64,000 nt of DNA from contig NC_089430.1 of assembly GCF_026210795.1 (NCBI RefSeq), positions 5,084,001 to 5,148,000 of the forward strand. Reading direction: 5' to 3'. The DNA is from Rhizophagus irregularis (taxonomy: Eukaryota). The notes under the pieces were generated by a model. That model saw nothing but the letters and a program-made list of their open reading frames with translations, had not been told where the DNA came from and made no database searches. The position numbers and the translations under genes are program-made. This document shows positions 24,995 through 38,700 of the stretch, piece by piece (position 1 is the stretch's first letter; each line of letters begins with the position of its first letter).

Positions 24995-27700
24995 CACTGG
25001 TCAGAATAGTCCATTTCAGCAAAATTTTAAATTGCCACGAAATTCGGTCTGACATTAGCCGATCAGTACCAAAAAAATCAGCAACTAATTTTATGGACAA
25101 TTTGCACCGTAATGCCTGCCACTCGCAATTAGAAATTGGCAAAGTTTTGGAATTAGTTAAAAAAATTGGCTGTACATATCAATAAAATTTGAACCTGCCA
25201 TGCAAATGAAATTCATTATGAATAATCAACTATTCGTTTAAAAATCGATATTGATTTAATTTGCCGATTTGCAAAAATAAATAAAATCGACCATAATAAT
25301 TTTGACGAAATTTAGCAAATTTAAGTTTTAAAACCAATTTTATTTCGATTGATTTACCAATTATTTTAATTAAATCAATTAAATCACAAAAATTTCCTAC
25401 AAAAATAGTAAAAATTTCCTACGAAAATAATACTAAAATAATACGAAAATAATACTAAAATAATACGAAAATAATACTAAAATAATACGAAATAATACTA
25501 AAATAATAAAAATTTCCTACAAAAATAATATGAAAATAATATGAAAATAAGGCCATGCAAACTTTTAATTTTTTTTTCAAAAATTTTATATGCGAATTTT
25601 TTTTTCAATTTTTAAAAAATTCTCACCTGGCATAGTAATAATATAAAATTTTTTTTTTAAGACTTAACAAAACTGACTTAGCCGGACTATGAAAACCATT
25701 TTTGCCACTTTGTGTCGCCTAATACTAAAATAATAAAAATTTCCTATGAAAATAATACTAAAATAATACGAAAATAATAAAAATTTCCTATAACAATAAT
25801 ACAAAAATAATATGTAAATAATACGTAAACAATACGAAAATAATAAGAAATAATACTAAATTAATAAAAATTTCTTACGAAAATAAAAAAATTCAATCCA
25901 CAATTCCACAAAAAATCCCATAATTTTCAAAAAAAATCCAAAAAAAACTGACAAATTTACAATCTAAAATTCGAAAAAAAAAGTTAGTATAATAAAAACT
26001 CAAACAAAAATTAAAGTACAAATTTATACCATTTGTCTGTTTCATCTTCTGTTTCTGGCGATTCTTTCACTCCCATTGGTTCCGATTCTTCCACTCCCGT
26101 TGGTTCTGATTCTTCCATTCCCATTGGTTCTGAATCTTCTATTACCACTATTTCATCCATCTCTGCCGACATTTCCGCATCTTCCGCCATTATTAGATTC
26201 TCCATCATTTGAATTGGCGTCTCCAGCTCAGAAAAGTCAGTATCGGTGGCGTATTCTGCTCCACATAGGTCTAATTTGGAGCACCTCGTAAATGACGAGA
26301 GATGATATTATATATCTCATCGTCATAATTTCGCGTTCGTATCAATTGTGCAGATTGAAGAGAGAAAGCATGTTGGTTCAAGACATTTTGTAATAAATCT
26401 ATTAACTATTATTAGAAAAAAAATCAATCCTATTACGAAAAAAATAAAACAAATAAAAAATAAAAAATAAAAAATGCGACAAATAAGTTATCGAACCTCT
26501 TCAGATCTCCAAGACAGATTATAAACATTGATATGTTTTTTACCGTCTGGTTGCTCTTCATCCGATTCAGCATACTCTGGAGAGTGATATCAGTTGTCAC
26601 TTAAAACATTCAAAAGTTCTTTTCAATCATAATTCTCCAGTTTTTCGTCATTTTTGTCGAAAAGTGATTTTGCACCTTTAACTTGACGTGTCTTTTCTAT
26701 ATTTAAAGTTTCGATGAATGATGAGATTTTTTTTTTTGAAATAATAAAGAAATTATTTACCTCATTTATCCGATTGTTTCGATGTAGACGGCAATTATCT
26801 TTATCTAAAGTGCCACGTTGTTTATATAACAAGCGCACTCTGCGATATTTATGTAAAGCGGAGAGCCAAGACTTGACTTGCCTGTATCGTGGAGTATACC
26901 TTGGCTTCATCGCTTCAATTAGTCAAGGTATAACCTGTCAAAGAATTTCATCATTCGACTTACTGGTAAACTTTTCATCGTATTTTAATTCTAGTTTAAT
27001 CGGAAAAGTTTTTAGAATCGTCTTCATCTCAGCCTAAATTGTACAAAATATTGGTTTAGTAAGCGTTAAAAGCATACATTGAAAGAGGATTTTGGACGAA
27101 CCCTAACTTCTTCTTCATCTACTTCCATTTCATCTTCAGAATCGTGCACAAGATTTTTTCCTTTCCTATGCTTTGTTAGTCATTGATTCTCTTCAAATTC
27201 GATATCTTGAAGGTCAGATAAATATCAGTGATGCAAGCCGTTGTTTTCCTGACTACATCAGGAATTTAAACACGGCATAATGTTCCGTAAGTTTACAGAT
27301 TTTCATAAAATTACGTACATTTACGGCATAATGTTCCGTAGATTTACGGATTTCCGTAAATCTACGTAATTTTACGATCGAAATATTCCGAAATAATACA
27401 GGATCGTAAATGTTCCGAAGCATTATGATCGAAATATTCCGAAATAATACATGATCGTAAATGTTCCGAAGCATTACGGTCAAAATATTCCGTAATAATA
27501 CGTGATCGCAAATGTTTCGAAACATCTTTACTGAAACTTGGGGTTATTCGGCGACATCGATTCGACATCGAAATTACATCAAAATTACAACACATCGATG
27601 TCTTAAAAATATTATAACAAAAATCGAATTGATGACGTTAAGTTAGTTTTTACTGGATCGATGTGATATCGATTCACCATAACATCGCAGGAATATCATT
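24995..27700. mobile_element. Truncated CACTA-like element (accessory-gene end only)
   Basis: CACTGGTCAGAATAGTCC at 24995 resembles the accessory-side end of 30490-38894 (CACTGGTCGAAATAGTCC). AAAATAATAC repeats at 25390-25890 and an accessory gene pointing toward the TIR. Other end not found; right boundary approximate. Confidence 0.7.
26011..27600 (-). pseudogene. Transposon accessory gene copy 3
   Basis: tag|GCTGAGATGAAG (AEMK) at ~27033, QVKSWLSALHKYRR, RLHRNNRINE|gt, WRSEE|gt, LLQNVLN; several TGA stops; 60-bp N-terminal repeats at 27370-27520. Confidence 0.72.
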
Positions 27701-30599
27701 CTGACAATGATATGACATATAATTTGATATTATATCTATATCATATTAATATAAGGCTGATATCAGAATAACATTTGTTAGAATATTTTTCATAAATAAA
27801 ACATTTAATTGATGTTATAACTGCAACATAGTGATATGAAATTAACATCAAAATAACATTAATAAAATATTGAATTAATATCATAACTGCATCATAATGG
27901 TACGGATTAAAGTATTTAATTGATATCATATAATGATCTTAATAACAATATTATAACATTAAAATGATACTAAAATGATATTTTATTGATATAAAAATTT
28001 CTTTTATTTATTAAATTTTTTTAAATTACATTCAACTCATCATATCAATTGATTGAATGGATTTGAATATATTTTTTTGAAAAGACATGAAATACATTTA
28101 CAATTTACTAATGGTAATTCCCGATATAATAATTAAAATTGGACTCGTAAAAGAGGATGACCAACTTTGATTTGATTATTATGGTTAAATAAAAGACATC
28201 ATGATGTTGGATGTGAAGCAAACGTCATTCATTAGTGCTGTTATTAATTATTACAAATTACAAAATACTTATAATTTTTGTTTCATACCTGCTATATTTT
28301 ACACGCTAAATAATAACAAGATATGCTCACATGCTTCACCCGATACCTAAAAAAAAAAAAAAAAGAACAGTTAGAAACCGTCCATAATAATAAACAAAAT
28401 AAAAAAAATAAAAATTCGTACCGAATCTTTAGTTTTTTCCGTTCCTCAGAATCCACCTGAACCTATAAAAAAAAGGAACGGTTAGTGACCGTTCCATAAT
28501 ATTAAAAAAAAAAAAAAAACTAAACCATTCATTCATTAATAGTTCAAAATATATCAGACTATTTTTGATCACCTGATATCGCCTATGTTTAAAATACTGC
28601 GGTAAAACACTAAAAACATCACCAGAAGATTAAATGTTGAATCGATTGACCTTCTACTATTCTGTTGTATTTCAATCAAATAAGGTTTAACAATATGATT
28701 CATAACATAATTGAAACTTGACAATTTTTAAAGAAACAATAAATACATACTTACGTGTAAAGTTTATTCACAAAGGCGGTCTGTATTTTACGAGCTTCAG
28801 CCACGAAGTATTCCTAAGTACGTAAACGCACATAAAAGTGATAAAACATTCTTATAGGTAATTTAATTATTTTGAAAGATGCTACAAAATGTAAAAAAAG
28901 GAACGTTATCATTGATTGTCAAACACCAAGTATCAAACGTCTATATATCTAAGCTAGCTAATATTACAAGAGATGGCTACAAAATATGCAAAAAAAAGCG
29001 CTCGCCTCAGAATTACTAAAATTAATTTAGAGAAGTCTTCTCTGTTTTACACATTTTCATTTTGAGAGGTCGGCCAGTTAAGATTTCCCGATATTAGTCT
29101 TATCAGTCTCTGGCAATCCACTTAACTTGATATTTCAATTATAAATTAAGTCTGACGGTGCTACATAATAATTACAATCATAAGTAAATTCCTGACCTTC
29201 AAAATTAAACGTGTTCAGCTGGTTATATATTATATATAATTAATATTGTATTTTTACAGCAGTCACAATAATATAATAATCAATAGCTGACCGTTATGTT
29301 TAGTACCTTACAACAGCAAGCCAAAAGATCCATGTGGTAAAACACGTATTTAGTATTTGCGCACCTATTTAATAGCTCTATCTAATAAACCATTATTATT
29401 TAATATAAAGTTTCTTCGTATTACTATAACATATATAATAAAATATTAAAAATCACTTAACAAAATGTTTTTGATAAATTTTGATAAAAAATAAGCTTTG
29501 CGTTCAAAAGAAAAACACCAGAACGCATTTTTGAAAAATAGAAAAATAAACAAATCGTATATATTTAAGTAGCTATTTTTAGATGCATATGGCAACTGAT
29601 TTTTTATTGGTCAATTTTTAAATTCAAATCATATATATTTGAGTAGCTATTTTTAGGTGCATATGACAACTGATTTTTTATTGGTCAATTTTTAAATTGC
29701 GAATCTTAGCTTATAGTTGGGTTTCTTCTGAAAGATATATAGTGTTGTAGGTTTAAGTATAATTGTAGATGCAACTCCCGGAAGATAGAATAATGTGGTA
29801 TCAGCATATTTTTTGTTGATGTCGACATATTATATATTGGTCGTTGAAGCAAGCATCTTTGGCAGCAATTTTGATTTTATCTGAGTGCCAGCATTATTTA
29901 TGCTAATGGGATTATGATTGTATTTTTTTTTACCATAACAGATAATTCTTTGATGAAGAAACCGTGGAGCAGTAGGCAAAATTTTCGTAGGGGTGGTATT
30001 TGTTGATGTAAAAGGTGACCATTTGTTATAAAACAAATATGATTTTTGAAAGGATTTTATCTGTTCTTCATATGGCTTTTGGATGTTGGATTGCAGCTTT
30101 CGTACTTCAAAGAAAAGAGCTATTTGATCGAACGATCAAAGCCATACTCACGATTGCAGGATTTCTTTAAAGTTTCCACAAGTGAACTAAAATTGTTAAT
30201 TGAATATATTTTAGGTTCACAAGCTTCTTCTTTCTGAAATTTTCGCATCCTTCTGCATCTTATATTCATTTTTTCATTTCTATTATTATATTAGGTTTAT
30301 CTTGGTGAACTGGTCGGTTTCTCAGGCGGACTTTTATTTTTAGCATAGTACTAGATTTACTGCAGATGTTTTTGTGGATTTTATTATTATTAATATTAGA
30401 ATTAAATATTAATACCGGAAAAATCTGGTTCAACATGTTATTATTGTAATAACTGAGGGATGGTTTCTGCAATTCTGCATAAAGAATTCCACTGGTCGAA
30501 ATCAAAAAAATCGGACATATGGAAAATCAGCTAAAAATCAGACCAAAATCGACTGACATTACAAATCGGCACATCTGATTGATGCCAATCGGACAATTT

Positions 30600-31150
30600 A
30601 ATGAAAATCCAGAAAAAAATCATCATATTTGATTGACGGCTGATTGATGCTAGTTGAAATCAAAAAAAAAATCAGACAAATGGCAAATCAACCTAAAATT
30701 TGCCCAATATTCAAATATGTACTTCCAATTTATGGAAAATTGACAATTCAATAAAAATTCAATAAAAATTCGATAAAAATCCAGAAAAAAATCATTATAT
30801 TTGATTGACGGCTGATTGATGCTGGTTGAAATCAAAAAAAAAATCAGACAAATGGCAAATCAACCTAAAATTTGCCCAATATTCAAATATGTACTTCCAA
30901 TTTATGGAAAATTGACAATTCAATAAAAATTCAATAAAAATTCAATAAAAATCCAGAAAAAAATCATTATATTTGATTGACGGCTGATTGATGCTGGTTG
31001 ACAAAATGACAAATCAACCTAAAATTTACCCAATATTCAAATATGTACTTCCGATTTATGGAAAATTGATAATTCAATAAAAATTCAATAAAAATTCAAT
31101 AAAAATTCGGCAAAAAATCATTATATTTGATTGACGGCTGATTGATACAA
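30600..31150. repeat. ~170-bp subterminal tandem repeat, about 3 copies
   Basis: Recurring ATCATTATATTTGATTGACGGCTGATTGATGC...CCCAATATTCAAATATGTACTTCC. Confidence 0.9.
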
Positions 31151-31279
31151 AAAAAGTCATCAAAATTAACTTTTGAAAAACATGATTTGTCATTAAAATT
31201 CAGAAATTCGGAAAAATCAACACCAAATTTATAGTCAATTACTCAATTTATTATAAATTTATGTCTAAAACTTATAAGT

Positions 31280-34200
31280 TTATAATTGGTATTTTCTACT
31301 AATTGGATTTACGGCTAAATACTCTCTTGCATTTTGCCGGTTTGAGATTTGGTAACTTACTGGTACAAATCTACCTAAAATATGATGCACAGGTATTATA
31401 CAATCACGACTTATTGGATAAAATTCGGTATTCCACAACTCAACATTACAAATTTCATCACTGCTGAAATAGTATCGAATATTGGTTGAATTTGCGTGTT
31501 TATACCAACGAACGTATGCTAGAAAATGTTCGACGGAACCATCCGGAAAGTCTACTACGTGAGTAAAATAATACTGAATTTGACCTGGGTAGGTGTCGAC
31601 ATCTTCATCATCCGTAATAAATTTCGCTAAGACGTACGAACTTTTTACATGTCTTAACGATAATGATGATCCAAAGACTTCTGAACCAATCCGACACCTT
31701 CCAAATTGGTTAATTTTGACCCTAATTATTATATCGTTATCTAAACCTTCTACAAGAGGCCTCCGAAATCCAAATGATTCGTAAGTCGCATTGTAATATT
31801 CGACCATTAAATTTAACATTTCACTTGAAAGTAGTATATTATGAGATACCGGCTTAAGAAATTCACCTGGGAAGCCTTCTTTGCCAGAAATCTGTGAATC
31901 TTTAATATTTTGTGAATTCAGCCAAAATCGATGCATCTCATCTGACGAAAATTCATCAGTAACTGAAAGGGACCCGATAGTACGCTGACTGTTTAGCAAT
32001 TCAAGACCTTTTACTTCGATACCTGAACTTATGATATTTTCGATTTGTTTATCAAACATTAATCGACGCATAAGTTCAGACTCAATTTTCCTGTTGCTGT
32101 TTGGTAACGAACCTAAAAGTGCGAAATCAATAAATTATAAGCTAATATTGAAATCGTTAAAATCGTTAAAAAATCGTTAACGGATATTTACCTAAAATAC
32201 CGTTCATACGTTCGAAAGAGAAACACCAGAACGCATATAATGGTCCATAATCAGATGAGCAATCACGCAAATGCAGAGAAAGATGAAGATTCGGTGTGAT
32301 CTTATCTCTGCCGTGGTGATTCTCAATGAGCTTGACTATTTCGATAAGACTTCTATGGGCTTCATCCACCAAATTAGATTCTAGAATCCGATTTACCAAA
32401 ATCGAACAAACCCTGACAAAATGATTCAGGATTCTTCTATCTACGTCTGAAAGGTGTTCCCAAAGTGATACAGTTGAATAAATTGTAAAGAATATTCGCC
32501 ACTGATCGGCCGTAAAATTGGTGAATCCCTCTCCACTATGAATTTTTCCTGGAATTCGACCTAAATCGGATGGTATCTGAAACTCGTCCATCTTTTTCTG
32601 AATTTTGTTCAAAGAATTTGGTGTCAAAATACCCCCATCGATCCAAATTCGTTTTACTATCCACTTCGCAATGCCCAGAAATAAGCAATGCATTGGATCG
32701 ACTGTAATAAATCTAATAGGGTCAAAATATGATAGACGCAACAATTCGGACCATCTAACGCCAGTTTCTTTGACGAAGCGCTTTCTAGCAGCGTCTGAGT
32801 TGCATCTTCGCCAACCTAATGCGTTTTGCCGGTGCTCATTCGAATCTCGAGCAGAATACCCTACATCATCCATTCCAGCAAAATTATGCTGCCCATTTTC
32901 ATAATTTGCTTTTTTCTCACACCTGTGACATGAAACTAAGGCAGAAACATGACCGCAAATTTTTCTTGCGGCGGGAATGTCACATGATACTAAGATTAAA
33001 GCGCCACGAACTCTCTTTCCATTTTCGCATTCATAAGTACGATTTAGTGTTAACCCAGCCCAGAGTGTTTCCAATTCGTTAACTATTGGTGCTAAATAGT
33101 GGTTCACTTTATGTAGGCTGACCTCCTTTGGCCCAGGTAAAATGCCAAGAGTCAATAAATTTTCACGTCTAAATCGGATATCGCGTGGCAAATTGCATAT
33201 AGCGGCGTATATGACACCGATACTATAAATGGTACTATCATATGGCTGAAACCAATCAAGATTCAGCATCAAGCCAAGATGAGAATCGGCTACTTCGCTT
33301 CTGAAAAAATTTGGCGAATCTTCATTGTCTGATTCTTTAAAATTCTTCCACACTTGCCCATCATATATATCGGTCAAAATATTATCAAAATTCGACCGAT
33401 TAGCCCAATGTCGGAGAGAATTTTCAAACCCAGGCCGACAAAACATAGTGGCAAGTTGTTGATTGATTCCAGCAAACGGATACATTAAATTAGGTCGTAT
33501 TATTGTTTGATTTGTCGATGCGCTAATTTTTTCAGACAATGCCGTATTGCAAAGACGTGATCTGCGAACTGAAGAATTGGGAAATTCTATGTGTTGACAT
33601 TTCATTATAGCAGGATTGTCCTCTTGTTTGAAATCTACCACTTCCTCTTTTTTATACAATTTGTGACATTTCGGACAAGGTACAAAACTATGAAATTGGT
33701 CATTTAATCCAAGCTTCTTTCTTGTTAAGTAAAGCGAATCTGGGAAATCATTAAAATCGTCACTACTGAACTCGCACAGGGCCAATTTCATAAATTTTAT
33801 TAGAGTCTCAGTAGCTGTCTCTGCGATATTGAATCTTGTTCGAAAGTTCATTATCCAAAGTAAAATCCATAAAAATCGATCATAATTCGATTCTAAATAT
33901 GGTGGGTTTTGAAATGGTTCATAACTAGGTGGTGAATAGTCTTCAAAAATTTCAGAAATTCCAGAAATTGGATCATTATCTGATTCACTGCCTATAGACA
34001 ATGTATCACTGTAGATATCTTCCTCTGTAGTATATTCGGATGATGATGAATCTTCTGGATCTTCTGAAATTTCCGGACGATTTGTATACTTTCTTGCACG
34101 TTGTCGAGGTAAGAAGTTAAATTCGACATCTTGATGTTCATCATCAACATCATCTTGATTACTGTTATCTGATTTTTCCGATTCTTGTCTAATAGATTCA

Positions 34201-34535
34201 TCAATCATTCGTCCAGCTAAAGCGGGTATTGATGTTTCACCTATTTCAAGTTGACGAACTTGAGACGAAATTGTACCTTGCGAATCTTGGTATTCTTGAT
34301 ATCTAGAATCGTGAATTTCTTTTGTGCGAGAATCCACCAAGTTGCCATCACAATCAGGACAATTACAAACTACTAGTTTTCTTTTATTACTTGTTGGTCT
34401 AGCAGAAGATACTATTTCTTCGTTTATTATACCAGAAATTGATCTATTTCTACGAGTAGAAGATGGCTGATTTGAAGGTGATTCTTCATCATCAAGATCG
34501 TCAAGTATACTAGAGACTGACCTTTTTCTGCTCAT
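31280..34535 (-). CDS. En/Spm (Tnp2/Transposase_21-like plus DUF4218-like) transposase, 2 exons, ~1058 aa
   Basis: Open exons 34535-32192 and 32112-31280 joined by a 79-bp GT-AG intron give ...FERMNGILGSLPNSNRKIESELMRR.... Motifs DIYDGQVW, NLDWFQPY, NLPRDIRF, CDIPAARK, DPMHCLFLG, YGPLYAFWCFSFER. Confidence 0.9.
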
Positions 34536-35074
34536 TTGTTTAGTATTTGAATAAGTTTAATAAGTTTGGCAAAATCCAAATTTGTAAAAAGGCCGATTTT
34601 TATAAAATTTGGAATAACACAAAATTTGTATAATTTGTATGTATAATTAATGTAATCCTGGCTTCTATGATTATTTCAATAATTTTTTAGGATTTAATAT
34701 TTTTTTTTCGCAAATTTGGCAATTTTATATAATAAATTTGCGAATTTTCTAATTAATATACTTTTAAAAATTGCAATATGATTTAAGCTTATTTTACAAT
34801 AAAAAGCTTATTTTTAATAAAAAGCTTATTTTTAAAATAAAAAGCTTATTTTATTTTAAAATAACTTTTATTTACAAGATAATCACTTTATCATCCCTTT
34901 ATCATTTTCGGATGCCAAACAAACCTTATCAAAAGAAACTGTAAATTTTAGCGAAAGTTGAAAAGTAACAATTTTGTATTAATCGAAGTGGTATTGCTAT
35001 AATAACAATATATTTTTGATTTTACTGCAAATTTCGACAAAGTATAACTTGCCGCATTAAAGTATATCAAATTT

Positions 35075-35470
35075 TAACGCAGTAGAACGCTAACAATTTT
35101 CGTAATTTTAATTTATTTGTCTTTTTAATTATGATTTATAATTGATTTTTCAATCGAGAAATCAACGCAGGACGCTAACGATTTTCTTATTAATTAATTG
35201 ATTTGTCTTTTTAATTATGATTTATAGTTGATTTTTCAATCGAGAAATCAACGCAATAGGACGCTAACGATTTTCTTATTAATTAATTTATTTGATTTTT
35301 TAATTATGATTTATAGTTGATTTTCCTTGAGAAATCAACGCAGTAGAACGCTAACGATTTTCTTATTAATTAATTGATTTGTCTTTTTTTATTATGATTT
35401 ATAGTTGATTTTTCAATCGAGAAATCAACGCAGTAGAACGCTAACGATTTTCTTATTAATTAATTGATGA
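35075..35470. repeat. ~87-bp tandem repeat, 4-5 copies, in the divergent intergenic region
   Basis: Recurring AACGCAGTAGAACGCTAACGATTTTCTTATTAATTAATTG...GATTTATAGTTGATTTTTCAATCGAGAAATC. Confidence 0.9.
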
Positions 35471-35549
35471 TTTTTAAATTTATAAATAGGACGATATGAC
35501 GATATTGAACCCGCTTCGATTTTTTAAACGAATATTGAGTGAATATAAA

Positions 35550-38095
35550 ATGTCAAATAATAGCAATAATAAAAAAAACAATAAAAAAAATAACAAACAA
35601 AAGCAACAGAGGTTTCAAGAAGAAACACCTGACGAAGGATCTAATCGTCAACGGGAAGAACAGAAGAAGAAAGTAATCCGAATGAGACAATTGACAAAAC
35701 CAATAAGTCGACTAGCAAATCGTCACCCACCAAGTCAAACAAACAAAAGCAGCAAAGGTTTCAAGAAGAAACACCTGACGAAGGATCTAATCGTCAACGG
35801 GAAAGAACGGAAGAAGAAAGTAATCCGAATGAGACGAGTGACAAGACCAATAAGTCGACTAGCAAATCGTCACCCACCAAGTCAAACAAACAAAAGCAGC
35901 AAAGGTTTCAAGAAGAAACACCTGATGAAGGATCTAATCGTCAACGGGGAAGAACGGAAGAAGAAAGTAATCCGAATGAGACGAGTGACAAAACCAATAA
36001 GTCGACTAGCAAATCGTCACCCACCAAGTCAAACAAACAAAAGCAGCAAAGGTTTCAAGAAGAAACACCGAGCGAAGGATCTAATCGTCAACGGGGAAGA
36101 GCGGAAGAAGAAAGTGATCCGAATGAGACAAGTGACAAAACCAATAAGTCGACTAGCAAATCGTCACTCACCAAGTCAAACAAACAAAAGCAGCAAAGGT
36201 TTCAAGAAGAAACACCTGACGAAGGATCTAATCATCAACGGGGAAGAACAGAAGAAGAAAGTAATCCGAATGAGACGATTGACAAAACCAATAAGTCGAC
36301 TAGCAAATCGTCACCCATCAAGTCGATCCTCAAATCTGCAAAGTCGACTAAGCCGACTCAAGAAGAGTCTGACGATGAGGTTATAGAAATTGATCCGCCA
36401 AATATTCCTAAAGGTAATTGAATTTTGGAAAATTGCTGATTGACATGTACGATAATTAATAATTTTTATAGATCAACAAGAGATGTTATCGGAAATGAAA
36501 AAACGATATGGGAATATTCGAATTCCACAAAAATTCGTATTAGTGGTTAAAGACGATCAAGGTAATGAAAGGATGATCGATGACGACGATACTGATTTAG
36601 AAGCAGGTACGATTTTGACTTCATTCGTATAAATTCAGAATTATTCGTAAAAAAATATTACTATTAATAAAATTCTTTATTTAGAAAATCTAAAATTAAA
36701 GAAACAAATTGAAGAAGTACAAGTAGAGAATGCAAAGCTTCAACGCGAAAATAACCGATTATTCGACGAAAATCGTTTTTTGACTCGAATAAACGAGGCC
36801 TTTGCAGACGAGAATGATGATCTACGCGAAAGCTTAAACAGGTATTCGAGAATCCGTCTGCCTAAAGCCATTCATAGGCAGACGGATCTCGAACAGCCGG
36901 CAAAACGTCAAAAAAGAATTAAGACAAAAAAGTTCGAGCGATACGAGGAAGAATCGGAGGAAGAACGGTCTGGTTCTAACAATAATGATGAGTACGACGA
37001 AAAAGAAGCTAGGGTATATTAATTTTATTTGTCTGATTCAGTTATTTAAAATTGCAGTATTGAGTAATTAAGTACCGGTTATCATTATTTGATTGTTATA
37101 TTTAGGCTGAAATGAAGTCTATTTTGAAAACCATCGATGAAACTCGAGGACTAGATTACAATGAAACGTTCAATAGCGCGAAAAATCTCAAGATTCGTCG
37201 TAAGCTAGTCCCTGAATTGCGTTCAGCCCTTGCTCCGTGTTTTCCCGCTTCGAATAAGCAACTTACAAAATGGTTGGGTTGTCTCCACAAGTCTCGTCGT
37301 TCTCATCAAAGATTAATGGATAGGGGAAAAGCCGATGAAAATAAACACCGGGTGCACTCAAACAATCGAGTACACGACGTTAGTAATGATTTATAATTAT
37401 TATGCTGAATTTTATTCCGATTATGTATTGAATTTTATTCAAATTATAACGTATTTTAGAAGAAAATCCGCCGAATTAAGGCGGCAAAGAGATTATATAG
37501 TTTTGACGATGAACGGATAACAAAATATGATAAGCGTAGATTACTAAAGATGTTATCCAATCGCTTATTTCATTCTCCAGAAATAAGCGAGACAGACGAA
37601 GAAGACCCAACAAAGTCCATAATCGCTATTTACGACTATTCGTGGAGATCTGATGAGGTTAGAACTTCTGAATCTTGATTTTTCAGACGAATCGCTGGAT
37701 TTAATTTTTATATTTTATTGTTTCTTCAGCTTAAAAATTTGCTACGAAATGTACTCGATGTACACTCGTCAAATAAGTCGAAATTAATACGCGAACGTAG
37801 ATACGACGACGAGGTACAAAAATACGACCGACCACATCCGTCGAATGCTCCCGAATGGTCTTATATCGTACAACAACAAGATTTAATATTCGATACTGAT
37901 ATCGATCAGGGTTTAATCACTGAATATGATGAAGAAGAAGAAGAAGTTAGTAGAGGGACAACACCAGCAACTGGCAACACCACCGAAAATGATGAAGACC
38001 ATAACAAGGAAGGAGAAGAAAAACCATCAAAATCAACGGTCGGCGACAATCATAATAATTCAGATTCTGATTTACATATGGACGACGCGCAATGA
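35550..38095 (+). CDS. Transposon accessory gene copy 2 (unknown function), 6 predicted exons, one apparent frameshift
   Basis: Predicted exons 35550-36412, 36472-36606, 36685-37013, 37106-37378, 37460-37657, 37730-38095, all GT-AG. Exon 1 holds five 147-bp (49-aa) repeats; a missing base near 35652 shifts the frame. Confidence 0.75.
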
Positions 38096-38234
38096 ACGAA
38101 TCTGAATTAATTTGGTAGAAAACTTTCTTTTTTTCGTCAAAAATCTATATATATATGTAATTAATATTCCAAATTATTAGTATTAGAATTTTCCATAATT
38201 CAAAATAAATTTGTCTTAATTCAGAAAAAAATTA

Positions 38235-38700
38235 ATTACAATTCGAAATAAATTTACTGCAAATTTACCGCAATTCAGAATAAAATTTACTGCAAATATA
38301 CCATAATTCAGAATAAAATTTACTGCAATTCAGACGCAATTCAGAATAAAATTAACCGCAATTCATTAAATTTTTACCGCAATTCAGAATAAATTAACCG
38401 CAATTCAGAATAAATTTACCGCAATTCAGAATAAAATTTACCGCAATTCAGAATAGAAAATTTACTGCAATTCAGATTAAAATTTACTGCAATTCAGATT
38501 AAAATTTACCGCAATTCAGAATAAAATTTACCGCAATTCAGAATAAAATTTACCGCAATTCAGAATAAATTTACCGCAATTCAGAATAGAAAATTTACCG
38601 CAATTCAGAATAAAATTTACCGCAATTCAGATTAAAATTTATCGCAATTTATCAAAATTTATCATAATTCAGAATAAATTCACTGCAATTCGGTAAATTT
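38235..38700. repeat. 21-23 bp subterminal minisatellite (CCGCAATTCAGAATAAAATTTA)
   Basis: Directly visible, about 20 copies. Confidence 0.92.

Noticed and set aside
31280..32071. Independent gene downstream of the transposase (also 8230-9003)
   Set aside because: Joined in frame to the transposase by a 79-bp GT-AG intron at the same position in both elements.
35590..36330. 147-bp period equal to nucleosome core length
   Set aside because: The unit is an in-frame 49-codon repeat with no linker spacing; probably coincidence.
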